From an uncultured Candidatus Saccharibacteria bacterium (GTDB lineage Bacteria > Patescibacteriota > Andersenbacteria > UBA10190): a DNA stretch of 64,000 nt. The translations under genes were made by a program, and so were the position numbers. Under the pieces are notes generated by a model. The model was not told where the DNA came from. It saw only the letters and a program-made list of their open reading frames with translations, and made no database searches. Below are positions 22,177-30,967 of the stretch, in pieces. The stretch's first letter is position 1, and each line of letters opens with the position of its first letter. Location: contig CAYHTZ010000004.1 in NCBI GenBank assembly GCA_964359735.1, positions 409 through 64,408 on the forward strand, written 5' to 3'.

Positions 22177-23613
22177 ATGACGGAGAAGGTCGTAAACCGT
22201 ACCAAAATTGTTTGCACCATTGGTCCGGCTTCGAGTGCAAAAAGCACGCTCAAGCAAATGATTGACGCGGGGATGGATGTGGCGCGGATTAATTTTTCCC
22301 ACGCTGACCAGGATAAGAATCTGGAGCTCATGGAGACGGTGAGAGCAGCGGCGAAGGAGTCCGGGAAAGAGGTGGCCATCCTTCAGGATTTGCAGGGGCC
22401 GAAGATCCGGGTGGGGGCGCTGCCTGGGGAAGGATTAGATTTAGTGGAGGGCAGCTTCGTGAAGATACGCGCGGGGGCTGTTCAAGCCGAGCATGGGGTC
22501 ATTCCTACTCCCTATGAACGTCTCGCTCAGGACGTCAGGCGCGGGGATAGGATTCTCATTGCTGATGGCACGCGTGAGCTTGAGGTGGTCGCGCGGTCTG
22601 GGCAGGTGATAACGGCCAAAGTGCTTTTAGGGGGAAGAGTTATTTCGCATAAAGGTATTAATGTACCCACGCGTACGCTCTCGGCGGAGGCGCTGACGGA
22701 TAAAGATGAAGAGGATTTGGCCTTTGGTCTTAAACACAATATTGATTTTGTGGCGATGTCCTTTGTCCGGACCGCTCAGGATGTGCAGTTACTTAAGAAG
22801 AAAATAAAAAAATACTTGCCCGAAGATGCCGAGCCGCCCCAGATAATCGTGAAGATCGAAAAACATGAGGCGTTGGAACATTTCGATGAGATTTTAGACG
22901 AGACGGACGCAGTGATGATTGCGCGGGGAGATTTAGGGCTCGAGACCCAAGCAACACTGGTGCCGATCCGACAAAAAGAGCTGATCGCGAAGTGCGTTGT
23001 GGCCGGGAAGCCAGTGATTACGGCGACGGAGATGTTGGGTTCGATGGAGAATAACCCCCGCCCGACCCGCGCGGAGGTGAGCGATGTAGCCAATGCGGTC
23101 ATCGACCACTCGGACGCGGTGATGCTCTCGGGCGAGACAGCGAACGGCCGGTACCCCTTGCGAGCAGTGGCCACTATGGCAGAGATTATTGAAAACACGG
23201 AGGTATCACCGCTGGATGATTTGCATCCTCACAAAGATGCCACCGGAGAGTCGGTTCCCTTTGCGGTCGCGGCGGGGGCAGTGGAACTGGCCCGGCACGT
23301 GGATGCCGCGGCGATACTGGTGACTACCCACTCAGGATATTCGGCGCGGGGGGTGGCGCGCTTTCGGGCAGAGCGGCCAGTGTTTGCGGCTACGGATAGC
23401 CCGCGCGTCTCGCACCAACTCTTGCTCTCATGGGGAGTAGTGCCGATTCTGATACAAGGGTACGGCCAGCCGGAGCAGATGACGCACTCGGCTCTTGACC
23501 ATCTGCATAAGCAAAAAAGAATCAAGAAAGGCGACCGAGTAGTGGGGGTCTCAGGCCTCGCTCGCTCTGAAGGCGGTTTTGACTCAGGCGTCCGCGTCGT
23601 GGAGGTTGCCTGA
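22177..23613 (+). CDS. pyk: pyruvate kinase
   Basis: TKIVCTIGPAS N-terminus and MIARGDLG active-site region; 478 aa. Confidence 0.9.
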   Translation: MTEKVVNRTKIVCTIGPASSAKSTLKQMIDAGMDVARINFSHADQDKNLELMETVRAAAKESGKEVAILQDLQGPKIRVGALPGEGLDLVEGSFVKIRAGAVQAEHGVIPTPYERLAQDVRRGDRILIADGTRELEVVARSGQVITAKVLLGGRVISHKGINVPTRTLSAEALTDKDEEDLAFGLKHNIDFVAMSFVRTAQDVQLLKKKIKKYLPEDAEPPQIIVKIEKHEALEHFDEILDETDAVMIARGDLGLETQATLVPIRQKELIAKCVVAGKPVITATEMLGSMENNPRPTRAEVSDVANAVIDHSDAVMLSGETANGRYPLRAVATMAEIIENTEVSPLDDLHPHKDATGESVPFAVAAGAVELARHVDAAAILVTTHSGYSARGVARFRAERPVFAATDSPRVSHQLLLSWGVVPILIQGYGQPEQMTHSALDHLHKQKRIKKGDRVVGVSGLARSEGGFDSGVRVVEVA

Positions 23614-23643
23614 GTCCAGGATTTTCTGCATAGTGAGCGCTGA

Positions 23644-23730
23644 GGTGGGGTGCGAGAGTGGTTTAATCGGGCAGTCTTGAAAACTGCTGTGGGTTAACGC
23701 CCACCGTGAGTTCGAATCTCACCCCCACCG
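23644..23730 (+). tRNA. tRNA-Ser (anticodon TGA), type II
   Basis: Acceptor GGTGGGG/CCCCACC, anticodon arm GCAGT-CTTGAAA-ACTGC, long variable arm TGTGGGTTAACGCCCACC, T-arm GTGAG-TTCGAAT-CTCAC. The layout matches E. coli tRNA-Ser(UGA). Confidence 0.8.
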
Positions 23731-23741
23731 CCGAAGGTCCT

Positions 23742-25190
23742 ATGACTAAAAACAATTGGGATATATACGAGAGGATTTATAGCAGTCACTGGTTTTTGAC
23801 AAGTTATAACGCCCAAGGTTTTGTCTTTGACTTCCCTGCCATGGGCGGCGGCAGCTTCATGACCCAAGCCGTGTACGTTATGGAGAAGGGCATGTGTCGC
23901 TATATATTCGACAGCGACGAATTCGAGCGGGCTGCGCAGTATACATCAGATCGTCTAATCAATGATGATAAATGGCGGGAGAATGTTTACCAGAACATTA
24001 ATTTGTACACGAGGCGGTATTTTGCGGCAGGTGAGAGATTACGAAAAACCCCTCTGGATACTCTTTCCCATGGAGAACTTGTGAAGATCGTTAGAGAGAT
24101 TATCCCTTTGCAACACTATCACCAAGTGTATAGTGTGCTGGCTAACGGCGTGGTGCTTGATGGGAGGAATCACTTGTCAGATAGGATTCGAGAGGAGTTA
24201 CGCTCTCTCATGGGAAGTCCAGATGACTTTGACGAGCAATGGTCTCTTCTTTCCCAGTCCGCCAAGATGAGTTTGAGGCAGCGCAAGGAACATGCTATCG
24301 CTCAGCTTGCCAGTGAGAGCAAAGTAACTTCCCGGGTAGTAGAGAGGAAGCTTCGCAACTTACATCAGAAGTACTGTTGGCTGGATTACAATAATATGGG
24401 CCCGGCGGCCTCATTTGAGAAGTTTGAGCAGGAGCTGGCGGAAGCTCGCAGCCAGAATAAGAACATTACTCTCAAAGAGGAACTCAAGGCTCTCAGAAAA
24501 AAACAGATCGATCTGATGCGCCGATTGAGAATCAGCCAGCGTGGGAAATTTCTCATTCGATTAGCGCAAGGAGTAATTTGGCAAAAAGGGTATCGCAAAG
24601 ATATGCAATATCACGGGTTTTATTGTTACGAAAATCTTTTTAGGGAATTGGCGCGCAGGCAAAACACCCCAGACTGGCAATCATTCTCGTATCTTTTTCC
24701 TTGGGAAGTGGTGCGTCACGTTCTTACCGGAAGTCATTCAGTGAAAGAACTCAATGAACGGCGAGAGTACTCTTGCTTGGTTGTGCGGAAAACAGGTCTG
24801 GAGGTTAAGGTGGGAAAGGCAGCGCAAGCGTTTGTAAAGGGCTTAGGGCTGCGGGAGGATTTCTCCACCATGACAGAAGCTAAAGGACAGTGTGCATATG
24901 CGGGCAAGGTCCGAGGAACAGTGAAAATTATTCAAACTCCGGCGGATATGGAGAAGATGAACGCTGGAGACGTTTTGGTTTCCCAGGCTACCAGCCCTGA
25001 CTTACTCTCGGCAATGAAGCGAGCGGGAGCGATTGTTACCAATACCGGCGGACTCATTTGCCATGCGGCGATTACTTCTCGTGAACTCAAAATACCGTGT
25101 ATTGTGGGGACCGCTAAAGCCACCTTGATCTTTAAGGATGGGGATCAGGTCGAAGTTGATGCCACCCACGGGCGTATAAGAAAGTTATGA
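23742..25190 (+). CDS. PEP-utilizing-enzyme mobile (phospho-His swivel) domain protein, paralog of 5636..7129
   Basis: C-terminal GGLICHAAITSRELKIPCIV. The N-terminal domain aligns with the first paralog (e.g. LDTLSHGEL vs LSKVSGGEL; CWLDYNNMGP...EKFEQEL vs GWMPVLAFGVPW...ERYESEL). The start is moved to the first Met clear of the tRNA. Confidence 0.7.
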   Translation: MTKNNWDIYERIYSSHWFLTSYNAQGFVFDFPAMGGGSFMTQAVYVMEKGMCRYIFDSDEFERAAQYTSDRLINDDKWRENVYQNINLYTRRYFAAGERLRKTPLDTLSHGELVKIVREIIPLQHYHQVYSVLANGVVLDGRNHLSDRIREELRSLMGSPDDFDEQWSLLSQSAKMSLRQRKEHAIAQLASESKVTSRVVERKLRNLHQKYCWLDYNNMGPAASFEKFEQELAEARSQNKNITLKEELKALRKKQIDLMRRLRISQRGKFLIRLAQGVIWQKGYRKDMQYHGFYCYENLFRELARRQNTPDWQSFSYLFPWEVVRHVLTGSHSVKELNERREYSCLVVRKTGLEVKVGKAAQAFVKGLGLREDFSTMTEAKGQCAYAGKVRGTVKIIQTPADMEKMNAGDVLVSQATSPDLLSAMKRAGAIVTNTGGLICHAAITSRELKIPCIVGTAKATLIFKDGDQVEVDATHGRIRKL

Positions 25191-25849
25191 GCAAGATCAA
25201 GGCAGTTATTTACGATGTGGACGACCTGATGGTTGATTCATACGCGTTGCATGTGGAGGCGTCGGAGAAAGCACTCGAACGGTACGGTCACAGATTCGAT
25301 GAGCTGCCCGAGGAGCTGCGGTCACACTTTGTGGGGAGACGGGTGATCGATAATTTGAAGGACACGGTGGCGTACCTCAAGCTCGATGTTGACCCTGAAG
25401 TCATGTATCAAGAACGATTGGCGCTTTTTCATAGACTCGTCCGCGAGAAACTTGAAGCCAGGCCGGGGCTGCAAGAATCCATGACGCTTTTCCGCAGGCA
25501 CAACTTGCGTCTCGCAATTGCTTCATCGGGGGCGGGGGAGTACCTCGATGCAGTGCTGGAAAAGTTTAACCTCGCCGGGTACTTCGAAGTGATTATCTCC
25601 GGCGGGGATGTGCAAAAGGGGAAGCCTGACCCCGAAACTTATTTGGTGGCTGTGCAGAAGCTGGGGCTTACCCCAGCTGAATGCCTGGTCCTGGAAGATG
25701 CCAAGAACGGTGTAGAGTCGGCAAAAGCGGCGGGTTGTAAATGTATCGCCATACGCAACCCAAACACTCCAGTTCAAGACCACTCGGGGGCGGACAAAGT
25801 TCTTAATTCTCTCAGCGACGTTACCATTGAGATGGTGGAGTCGTTGTAA
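25187..25849 (+). CDS. HAD-IA family hydrolase (beta-phosphoglucomutase-like phosphatase)
   Basis: DxD motif IYDVDDLMVDS, later K...GKPDP and a DAKNG motif IV. The start overlaps the stop of the upstream PEP-utilizer paralog. Confidence 0.75.
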   Translation: MSKIKAVIYDVDDLMVDSYALHVEASEKALERYGHRFDELPEELRSHFVGRRVIDNLKDTVAYLKLDVDPEVMYQERLALFHRLVREKLEARPGLQESMTLFRRHNLRLAIASSGAGEYLDAVLEKFNLAGYFEVIISGGDVQKGKPDPETYLVAVQKLGLTPAECLVLEDAKNGVESAKAAGCKCIAIRNPNTPVQDHSGADKVLNSLSDVTIEMVESL

Positions 25850-25853
25850 AAAT

Positions 25854-26174
25854 TTACTCTGGCCAGAAGATGAGAGCGAGTGCAACCACTCCCAAACCGA
25901 TGCCGACCATTTGCACGCGGGTCAAGACTTCCTTGTAGAAGATGACGCCAATCACAAATGAGAGAACTGCCGAAGTAACGTAGAAGACCATAGCGCCTTT
26001 CGTCAAGCCCGAGCCGGCGCGGATGGCGCCCAGCCAAAAAGCGTTGGCAATGATGTAACAAGAAATGCCGGCTACCCAGTATGGCCAAGTGCCGCGGATT
26101 GAGTATTCTTTGGAGAATATGTCAGCCACTGCCTCAAAACCGATAAGGAGAGCCAACAAGGGTATCCAGCTCAT
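25854..26174 (-). CDS. small 4-TM transporter (SMR/DMT-superfamily-like)
   Basis: 106 aa and four predicted TM helices, at the length of SMR/EamA half-transporters. Confidence 0.55.
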   Translation of the reverse strand: MSWIPLLALLIGFEAVADIFSKEYSIRGTWPYWVAGISCYIIANAFWLGAIRAGSGLTKGAMVFYVTSAVLSFVIGVIFYKEVLTRVQMVGIGLGVVALALIFWPE

Positions 26175-26218
26175 GGGGTTATATTATCCTGAAATTGTAC
26201 TTTGAATAATTTTGTCTG

Positions 26219-26245
26219 AAAAAACCGGCGCTAGGCGCCGGTTTT
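26219..26245 (-). terminator. rho-independent terminator (bidirectional-capable): AAAAAACCGGCGC-TAG-GCGCCGGTTTT
   Basis: 7-bp GC stem and 3-nt loop flanked by an A-run and a T-run. It lies immediately downstream of the minus-strand DUF2795 gene. Confidence 0.8.
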
Positions 26246-26265
26246 AAAGAGAGTTAGTGTTCGAT

Positions 26266-26502
26266 CTACATGCCGAGTGCTTTCTCCACCTCTTCCGCGG
26301 AGTTATAGGTGCCCTCAGGAAGATTATCCATAAACCATTTCTTGTCTTCGGCGGTGAAATCTGACATGCCGTTACAGGCGGCAACGAGATCTGCCTTTGT
26401 AGCAGGGTAACCCACATGTTCTTTCAAGTGCTGCTTCGCTCCAGCCATATTTTTCATCATACGGATCACCTCCTTGCAGTTAGTCTTTCTTGACTGTACC
26501 AA
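26266..26502 (-). CDS. DUF2795 family small protein
   Basis: HLKEHVGYPATKADLVAACNG...LPEGTYNSAEEVEKALG matches the DUF2795 pattern. The true start is probably one of the internal Met codons (about 60-64 aa product). Confidence 0.65.
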   Translation of the reverse strand: MVQSRKTNCKEVIRMMKNMAGAKQHLKEHVGYPATKADLVAACNGMSDFTAEDKKWFMDNLPEGTYNSAEEVEKALGM

Positions 26503-26579
26503 TGTTGGAGTGCCTAGCGCAAGGATGTGGCAAGTTCCTTCTTGAATCCGATGACCAGTTTGAGTATGCTCAGATACTT

Positions 26580-27455
26580 ATGCCAGAACTTCCTGAAGTG
26601 GAAACTATTCGTCGAGGGCTGGTGCAGCGTGTCCTGAAAAAGAAAATCCGGGGGGTAGAAATCCGCGCGGAGAAGGTGGTGAAGAATGACCCGAAAGAAT
26701 TTATTCGCACGCTTACGGGGAACACATTCACCAAGATCGATCGACGAGGAAAGCTCCTTATTTTACACCTCCGGGGTGTAAAGCGGGCGGAAAAGCCGCG
26801 ATTTCTATTAATCCATATGAAACTCACTGGCCAGCTCATTTACCAGCAAGGGGAAACGTTGGTAGCGGGTGGGCACTATGCTCCTTCCTTGGCACACCCA
26901 CTGCCGCACCGGCATACGCGCGTTATCTTTGAATTTGCCGATGGTTCGCGCCTGTTTTTCAATGATTTACGTAAATTTGGTGTCCTCAAGATTGTTGATA
27001 GAGCAGCGCGAGATTTGGTGTTGGCGGCGTACGGCGTCGAGCCCTTATCACGCGAGTTTACGTGGGAGCGGTTTCAGAAGGCGTTAGGGAGGCGGCAAGC
27101 ACCGCTGAAAGCGGTGCTCCTGAATCAAGCGCTGATTGCGGGGTTGGGGAATATTTACGTGGATGAGGTGGCCTGGCACGCGCGCGTGAGCCCCAGCCGC
27201 CGCGTAGCGCGTCTGACCGAGACGGAGCGCAAAAATCTTTTCCGGGCGATACCCAAAGTTCTGATCGAGGCTATTGCCTGGGGCGGCACAACATTCCGGC
27301 ATTTTCGTAATTCTCAGGGCAAGGAGGGCAATTACAGCGACCGCCTGCGTGCGTATGGAAGAAGTAGGAAGGCCTGCCGGCGATGCGGGGGAGTTATGGT
27401 ACGCACAACGGTGGCGCAACGCGGCACCACATATTGTCCCAGGTGTCAGAAGTGA
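26580..27455 (+). CDS. mutM: formamidopyrimidine-DNA glycosylase (Fpg/MutM)
   Basis: Starts MPELPEVETIRRGL (catalytic Pro2-Glu3). The C-terminal zinc finger is CRRCGG...YCPRCQK. The ORF track extends 5' to 26490, but MPELPEV is the conserved N-terminus. Confidence 0.85.
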   Translation: MPELPEVETIRRGLVQRVLKKKIRGVEIRAEKVVKNDPKEFIRTLTGNTFTKIDRRGKLLILHLRGVKRAEKPRFLLIHMKLTGQLIYQQGETLVAGGHYAPSLAHPLPHRHTRVIFEFADGSRLFFNDLRKFGVLKIVDRAARDLVLAAYGVEPLSREFTWERFQKALGRRQAPLKAVLLNQALIAGLGNIYVDEVAWHARVSPSRRVARLTETERKNLFRAIPKVLIEAIAWGGTTFRHFRNSQGKEGNYSDRLRAYGRSRKACRRCGGVMVRTTVAQRGTTYCPRCQK

Positions 27456-27468
27456 TAGGCTAGAAATA

Positions 27469-27999
27469 ATGGTGATGTTCGTTCGCAAGAAAGCGGCAAG
27501 ATTTTGGGCATGGTATGAGCGCTATTATGTTCTCAATGTCGGTATAGCCGTGGTCCTATTTCTGTGGCAGCTAGTGCATTTGTACTGGCTGGGAGCCGAT
27601 GTGATTGCGCAGCGGCTTACAGAAACAAGTTTTTTCCCGTTGAACGCGTTTTGGCGCACGTTGATTGTCTTGGTGGATTATTCAGAAATTCCGGCAATTA
27701 TTACGACGTCTCTGGTGTACATTAATGAACTGCGTAAACAGTTTCGATGGAACCCGCTGATCTTGCTTCTCATGCTCAATTCCCAGTGGCTGCATTTGTT
27801 CTGGATTACGGATGAGTTTGTGATCCATACATTTTTGGGTGAGCCACATGGCGGCACAGTGCTTCCGGTGTGGCTGGCGTGGGTTGCGATTCTGATTGAT
27901 TATTTAGAATTACCCGTTATCTTTGACATTGTGCGCCGCCTACTCCGGGCGCTGCGCCAAGGGTCAGGGTTAGAATTTATTCGTAAGGAAATGAGATGA
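27469..27999 (+). CDS. hypothetical polytopic membrane protein
   Basis: About 176 aa with multiple hydrophobic helices. The start is placed at the Met after the fpg stop. No domain recognised. Confidence 0.4.
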   Translation: MVMFVRKKAARFWAWYERYYVLNVGIAVVLFLWQLVHLYWLGADVIAQRLTETSFFPLNAFWRTLIVLVDYSEIPAIITTSLVYINELRKQFRWNPLILLLMLNSQWLHLFWITDEFVIHTFLGEPHGGTVLPVWLAWVAILIDYLELPVIFDIVRRLLRALRQGSGLEFIRKEMR

Positions 28000-28262
28000 A
28001 ACATGTAAGCATGATAGTCAAGGGAGACGTGCAGGGAGTTAATTTTCGCGCTCGGGTGAGGGAGAAGGCTAGGCAATTGGGCCTGACTGGTTTTGTGAAA
28101 AACATGAGCGACGGCACGGTATATATAGAAGCGGAAGGCGACGAATCTGCTATCGAGCGGTTCGTTGACTGGTGTCGGCAAGACCCCGGTTCCTCCCGGG
28201 TGGATGACGTGCGTGTGCACGAAGGAGTGCCTAAAGGATACACAGACTTTACGATTCGCTGA
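27996..28262 (+). CDS. acylphosphatase
   Basis: VKGDVQGVNFRARVREKARQLGLTGFVKN matches the acylphosphatase signature (V.G.VQGV.FR). Confidence 0.85.
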   Translation: MKHVSMIVKGDVQGVNFRARVREKARQLGLTGFVKNMSDGTVYIEAEGDESAIERFVDWCRQDPGSSRVDDVRVHEGVPKGYTDFTIR

Positions 28263-28274
28263 CGCCCTGGCGAC

Positions 28275-28709
28275 ATGAAACTCACGAGCCCGGCTTTTGA
28301 AAACGGAGAGGAAATTCCGGCGAAATATACTTGTAATGGTGAAGATGTTAGCCCGCCGCTGACGTTTTCGGATATATCTGCTGAAGCTAAGAGTTTAGTC
28401 CTCATACTGGACGACCCAGATGCGCCGGCGGGGGTGTGGGACCATTGGATTATATATGATATGCCACCGGATACGCGGGAAGTGCCTGAGGCCGCTGAAC
28501 CATGTGGGGTTCAGGGCAGAGGCACGAGCGGCAGTCTTGGGTACCAAGGTCCGTGCCCGCCGGATGGTGAACATCGCTATTTCTTCAAGCTTTATGCACT
28601 CGGTACCGTGTTGCGGCTGCCGGCCGGGGCGACCAAGGCCGACGTTGAAAGGGCAATGGAGGGCCATATTCTAGAGCAGGCGGAGCTCATGGGACGCTAC
28701 GCCCAGTGA
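28275..28709 (+). CDS. YbhB/YbcL-family PEBP (Raf-kinase-inhibitor-like) protein
   Basis: SPAFENGEEIP...LILDDPDAP...GVWDHWIIYD is the PEBP signature. ATGA overlap with the downstream gene. Confidence 0.85.
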   Translation: MKLTSPAFENGEEIPAKYTCNGEDVSPPLTFSDISAEAKSLVLILDDPDAPAGVWDHWIIYDMPPDTREVPEAAEPCGVQGRGTSGSLGYQGPCPPDGEHRYFFKLYALGTVLRLPAGATKADVERAMEGHILEQAELMGRYAQ

Positions 28710-30040
28710 AAATGTCTCAGGTTCTTCCACGAGCGCTGGATAACGTTTGGTACGAGGAGCTGCGCGGCTGCCGTGTGGCCTTGGCTCACTACCATTTTGC
28801 GAGCGCTATCGCTGAGTTTGCGGAAGAGCGGGGAAAATTCTTGGCTGGGACAGTGCGTAACCCAGCGTTGAAGTTTTACCGGCTGGATCTTGCGCGCTGC
28901 CAGGCTCAGCAGGATAGTTTGCATCGTCTTAAGGAGCGGATGGAGCGGATGGAACACCACCCGATTGTGAAGCGTCTATACCTGGCGAAGCTGGATGAGT
29001 ACTTGGCCCACGTGGGCATGATGATGGCGGCGGCTCAGGTCGATATGGGCCGGTTCGCTCATTTTGCGCGCATTGCGTATGGAACTCCCTCGCCGACTGT
29101 TTTTCAACAGGATTTGTACGAGATTAGAACTAAGGTGGAAGAGGCACTGTACTCCGGTGCACCGAATGCCGTGGCGGCCGCCCAGGCATTGCTGGCAGAT
29201 TTACCCTCGCTCACAACGGCAGAAAGCCCGAAGAGCGGAGTTGAATCGGGCCTCTTAGCAACTGTACGGGCATGGGTTACTCACGAGTATGCAGCACTCT
29301 TACCACCCCCGCGCGAAGGACAGTTAGAGACGGCAGAGCTTTCGGATTTGTTCAGACAGGCGTTGGTAAGCGTTGGGGCGGGTGATTGGCAAATCGTGAT
29401 TGACACGGTGACAAGCCGGCAGTCGATTAGTGTTCAATCTATGCACCAACGGGTTCGTATTCCGATCTCACGTCAAGTTTCAGGGGCTGAGCTCGGGCGT
29501 CTGCTTGTTCACGAGGTAGGAACTCACGTGGTCCGAAGGATCCGCGGCAATCTGGCACCACTGCGCCTGTTGGCGAGGGGCCTGGACCACTACGAGCGAG
29601 GTGAAGAAGGTATTGCTACCGTGTATGAGCAAGGCTTGAGCGGGTCCGTCAGTGACTACGATCGACTGGCTAGCCACCTGGCTGTCTGTCTGGCATTAGG
29701 TTTGGATGGTAAGCCACGTGACTTCCGAGATGTATTCGAAATTTTAGTACGGTACTACTCCTTGGTTGGGCTCTCTAAGGCGGATCTTTCTCAAGTATCA
29801 GAACGGGCGCGGGAGCAGGCTTGGAGACGCTGTGTGCGGGTGTTCCGGGGAACCGATTATAGGAGTCCTGGGATTTGTTTCCCTCGAGATTACTTGTACC
29901 GGGAGGGCAACACCTTGATATGGGAGCTGTTGAAAGACGATTTCCGGTGGCTTGATCGGTTTCCTATTGGCAAGTACGACCCAGCGAATCGAGAACACGT
30001 GGAAGCGTTACGCGGTCTGGGAATTCTGCCGGCTGCTTGA
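28706..30040 (+). CDS. DUF1704 / MATCAP-like putative metallocarboxypeptidase (HExxxH...QEGLA-motif family)
   Basis: HEVGTH at aa 269-274, followed 26 aa later by EEGIA, a close variant of the family's conserved QEGLA. Length of 444 aa is typical of the family. Confidence 0.55.
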   Translation: MKMSQVLPRALDNVWYEELRGCRVALAHYHFASAIAEFAEERGKFLAGTVRNPALKFYRLDLARCQAQQDSLHRLKERMERMEHHPIVKRLYLAKLDEYLAHVGMMMAAAQVDMGRFAHFARIAYGTPSPTVFQQDLYEIRTKVEEALYSGAPNAVAAAQALLADLPSLTTAESPKSGVESGLLATVRAWVTHEYAALLPPPREGQLETAELSDLFRQALVSVGAGDWQIVIDTVTSRQSISVQSMHQRVRIPISRQVSGAELGRLLVHEVGTHVVRRIRGNLAPLRLLARGLDHYERGEEGIATVYEQGLSGSVSDYDRLASHLAVCLALGLDGKPRDFRDVFEILVRYYSLVGLSKADLSQVSERAREQAWRRCVRVFRGTDYRSPGICFPRDYLYREGNTLIWELLKDDFRWLDRFPIGKYDPANREHVEALRGLGILPAA

Positions 30041-30084
30041 CGTTCTCGGTCCCCACGTGGTGAGATGAGAACGGATTTTTTATT
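30041..30084 (+). terminator. terminator/attenuator-like hairpin CGTTCTC-N19-GAGAACG followed by GATTTTTTATT
   Basis: 7-bp stem with a large loop (containing the CCACGTGG palindrome) and a U-run, between the MATCAP-like gene and the ATP-grasp gene. Confidence 0.4.
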
Positions 30085-30099
30085 ACGACCTGACGTCAT

Positions 30100-30966
30100 A
30101 TGGCATTTTATTATATTGATAACGAGTTTGGCCTGCGCGCCCGCCTGCTGGCGGAGGCGAGCCGCAAGGCGGGGGTAGAGTTTGTTCAGGTTCGCCCCGA
30201 TGAGTTTGATAACACGCAGATTCCAAACCTTACTCGCTCGGATTTTCTGTACCGGGGCGTAGCGAAGCATGATTGTCCAACAGCAGTAATTGTAGAGCGA
30301 CTCTTGCTGAACGACAGTGTCACCACATTTTATAATTCTCCTGAGATCGGGCGGGGAACAAGACTAGGTTCGTTCGTTATTCACAGCAGCGCTGGTATAC
30401 CTATTCCTAAGACCGTGTGGTCACTCACGCGGGATACGTCTGTTCTGAAACGGTATGTGGACTACCTAGGTGGATTTCCTGTTGTTATCAAGGTTCTGAA
30501 TTCAAGCCGCGGGGCCGGCGTGATGCGCGCTGATTCCTGGCAGAGTTTAGTTTCCCTCAACGATTACTTGCTGCGCAGTGATCAGGTGTTTGTCCTGCGT
30601 GAATTTATCGATGTGGGCGTGCCGGCGCATTCGTGTCGAGCAGTGGTGTTGGGAGGCCAGGTAACAGTTGCCTACCGCATGCAGCAACCGGAAGGCGACG
30701 ATTTTCGCTCCAATGCGGGCAAGCGGCTGCGGCAGCGGACTCTTCTTACCTTAATCGAGCAAGAGCAAGCAACTATGATCCTGAGTGTCGAGTCACTGGG
30801 CTTGGAGCTAGGGGCGGTGGATTTCGCCTACACTGCAGAAGGTAGGCTTGTCGTATTCGAAGTAAATTTCCCTTTTGCTTTTGGGTCAGTTCTCACCAAG
30901 CTTCAGTACGACCTGCCTGGCGCGATGGTCGCGTACTTGCAGAAGAAAAGTTCGTGGCAGGCGTGA
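30100..30966 (+). CDS. ATP-grasp family ligase (RimK/LysX-like amidoligase)
   Basis: GGFPVVIKVLNSSRGAGV (K..G.GV ATP loop), EFIDVG...R.VV.GG, and VDFAYTAEGRLVVFEVN (Mg-binding D/E/N); 288 aa. Confidence 0.7.
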   Translation: MAFYYIDNEFGLRARLLAEASRKAGVEFVQVRPDEFDNTQIPNLTRSDFLYRGVAKHDCPTAVIVERLLLNDSVTTFYNSPEIGRGTRLGSFVIHSSAGIPIPKTVWSLTRDTSVLKRYVDYLGGFPVVIKVLNSSRGAGVMRADSWQSLVSLNDYLLRSDQVFVLREFIDVGVPAHSCRAVVLGGQVTVAYRMQQPEGDDFRSNAGKRLRQRTLLTLIEQEQATMILSVESLGLELGAVDFAYTAEGRLVVFEVNFPFAFGSVLTKLQYDLPGAMVAYLQKKSSWQA

Positions 30967-30967
30967 T

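Noticed and set aside
30875-30967. N-terminal extension of the M23-like ORF overlapping the ATP-grasp gene in another frame
   Set aside because: The ATG at 30968 lies 1 nt after the ATP-grasp stop and gives a sensible start (MSYPSP...); the upstream extension reads through the ATP-grasp C-terminus.
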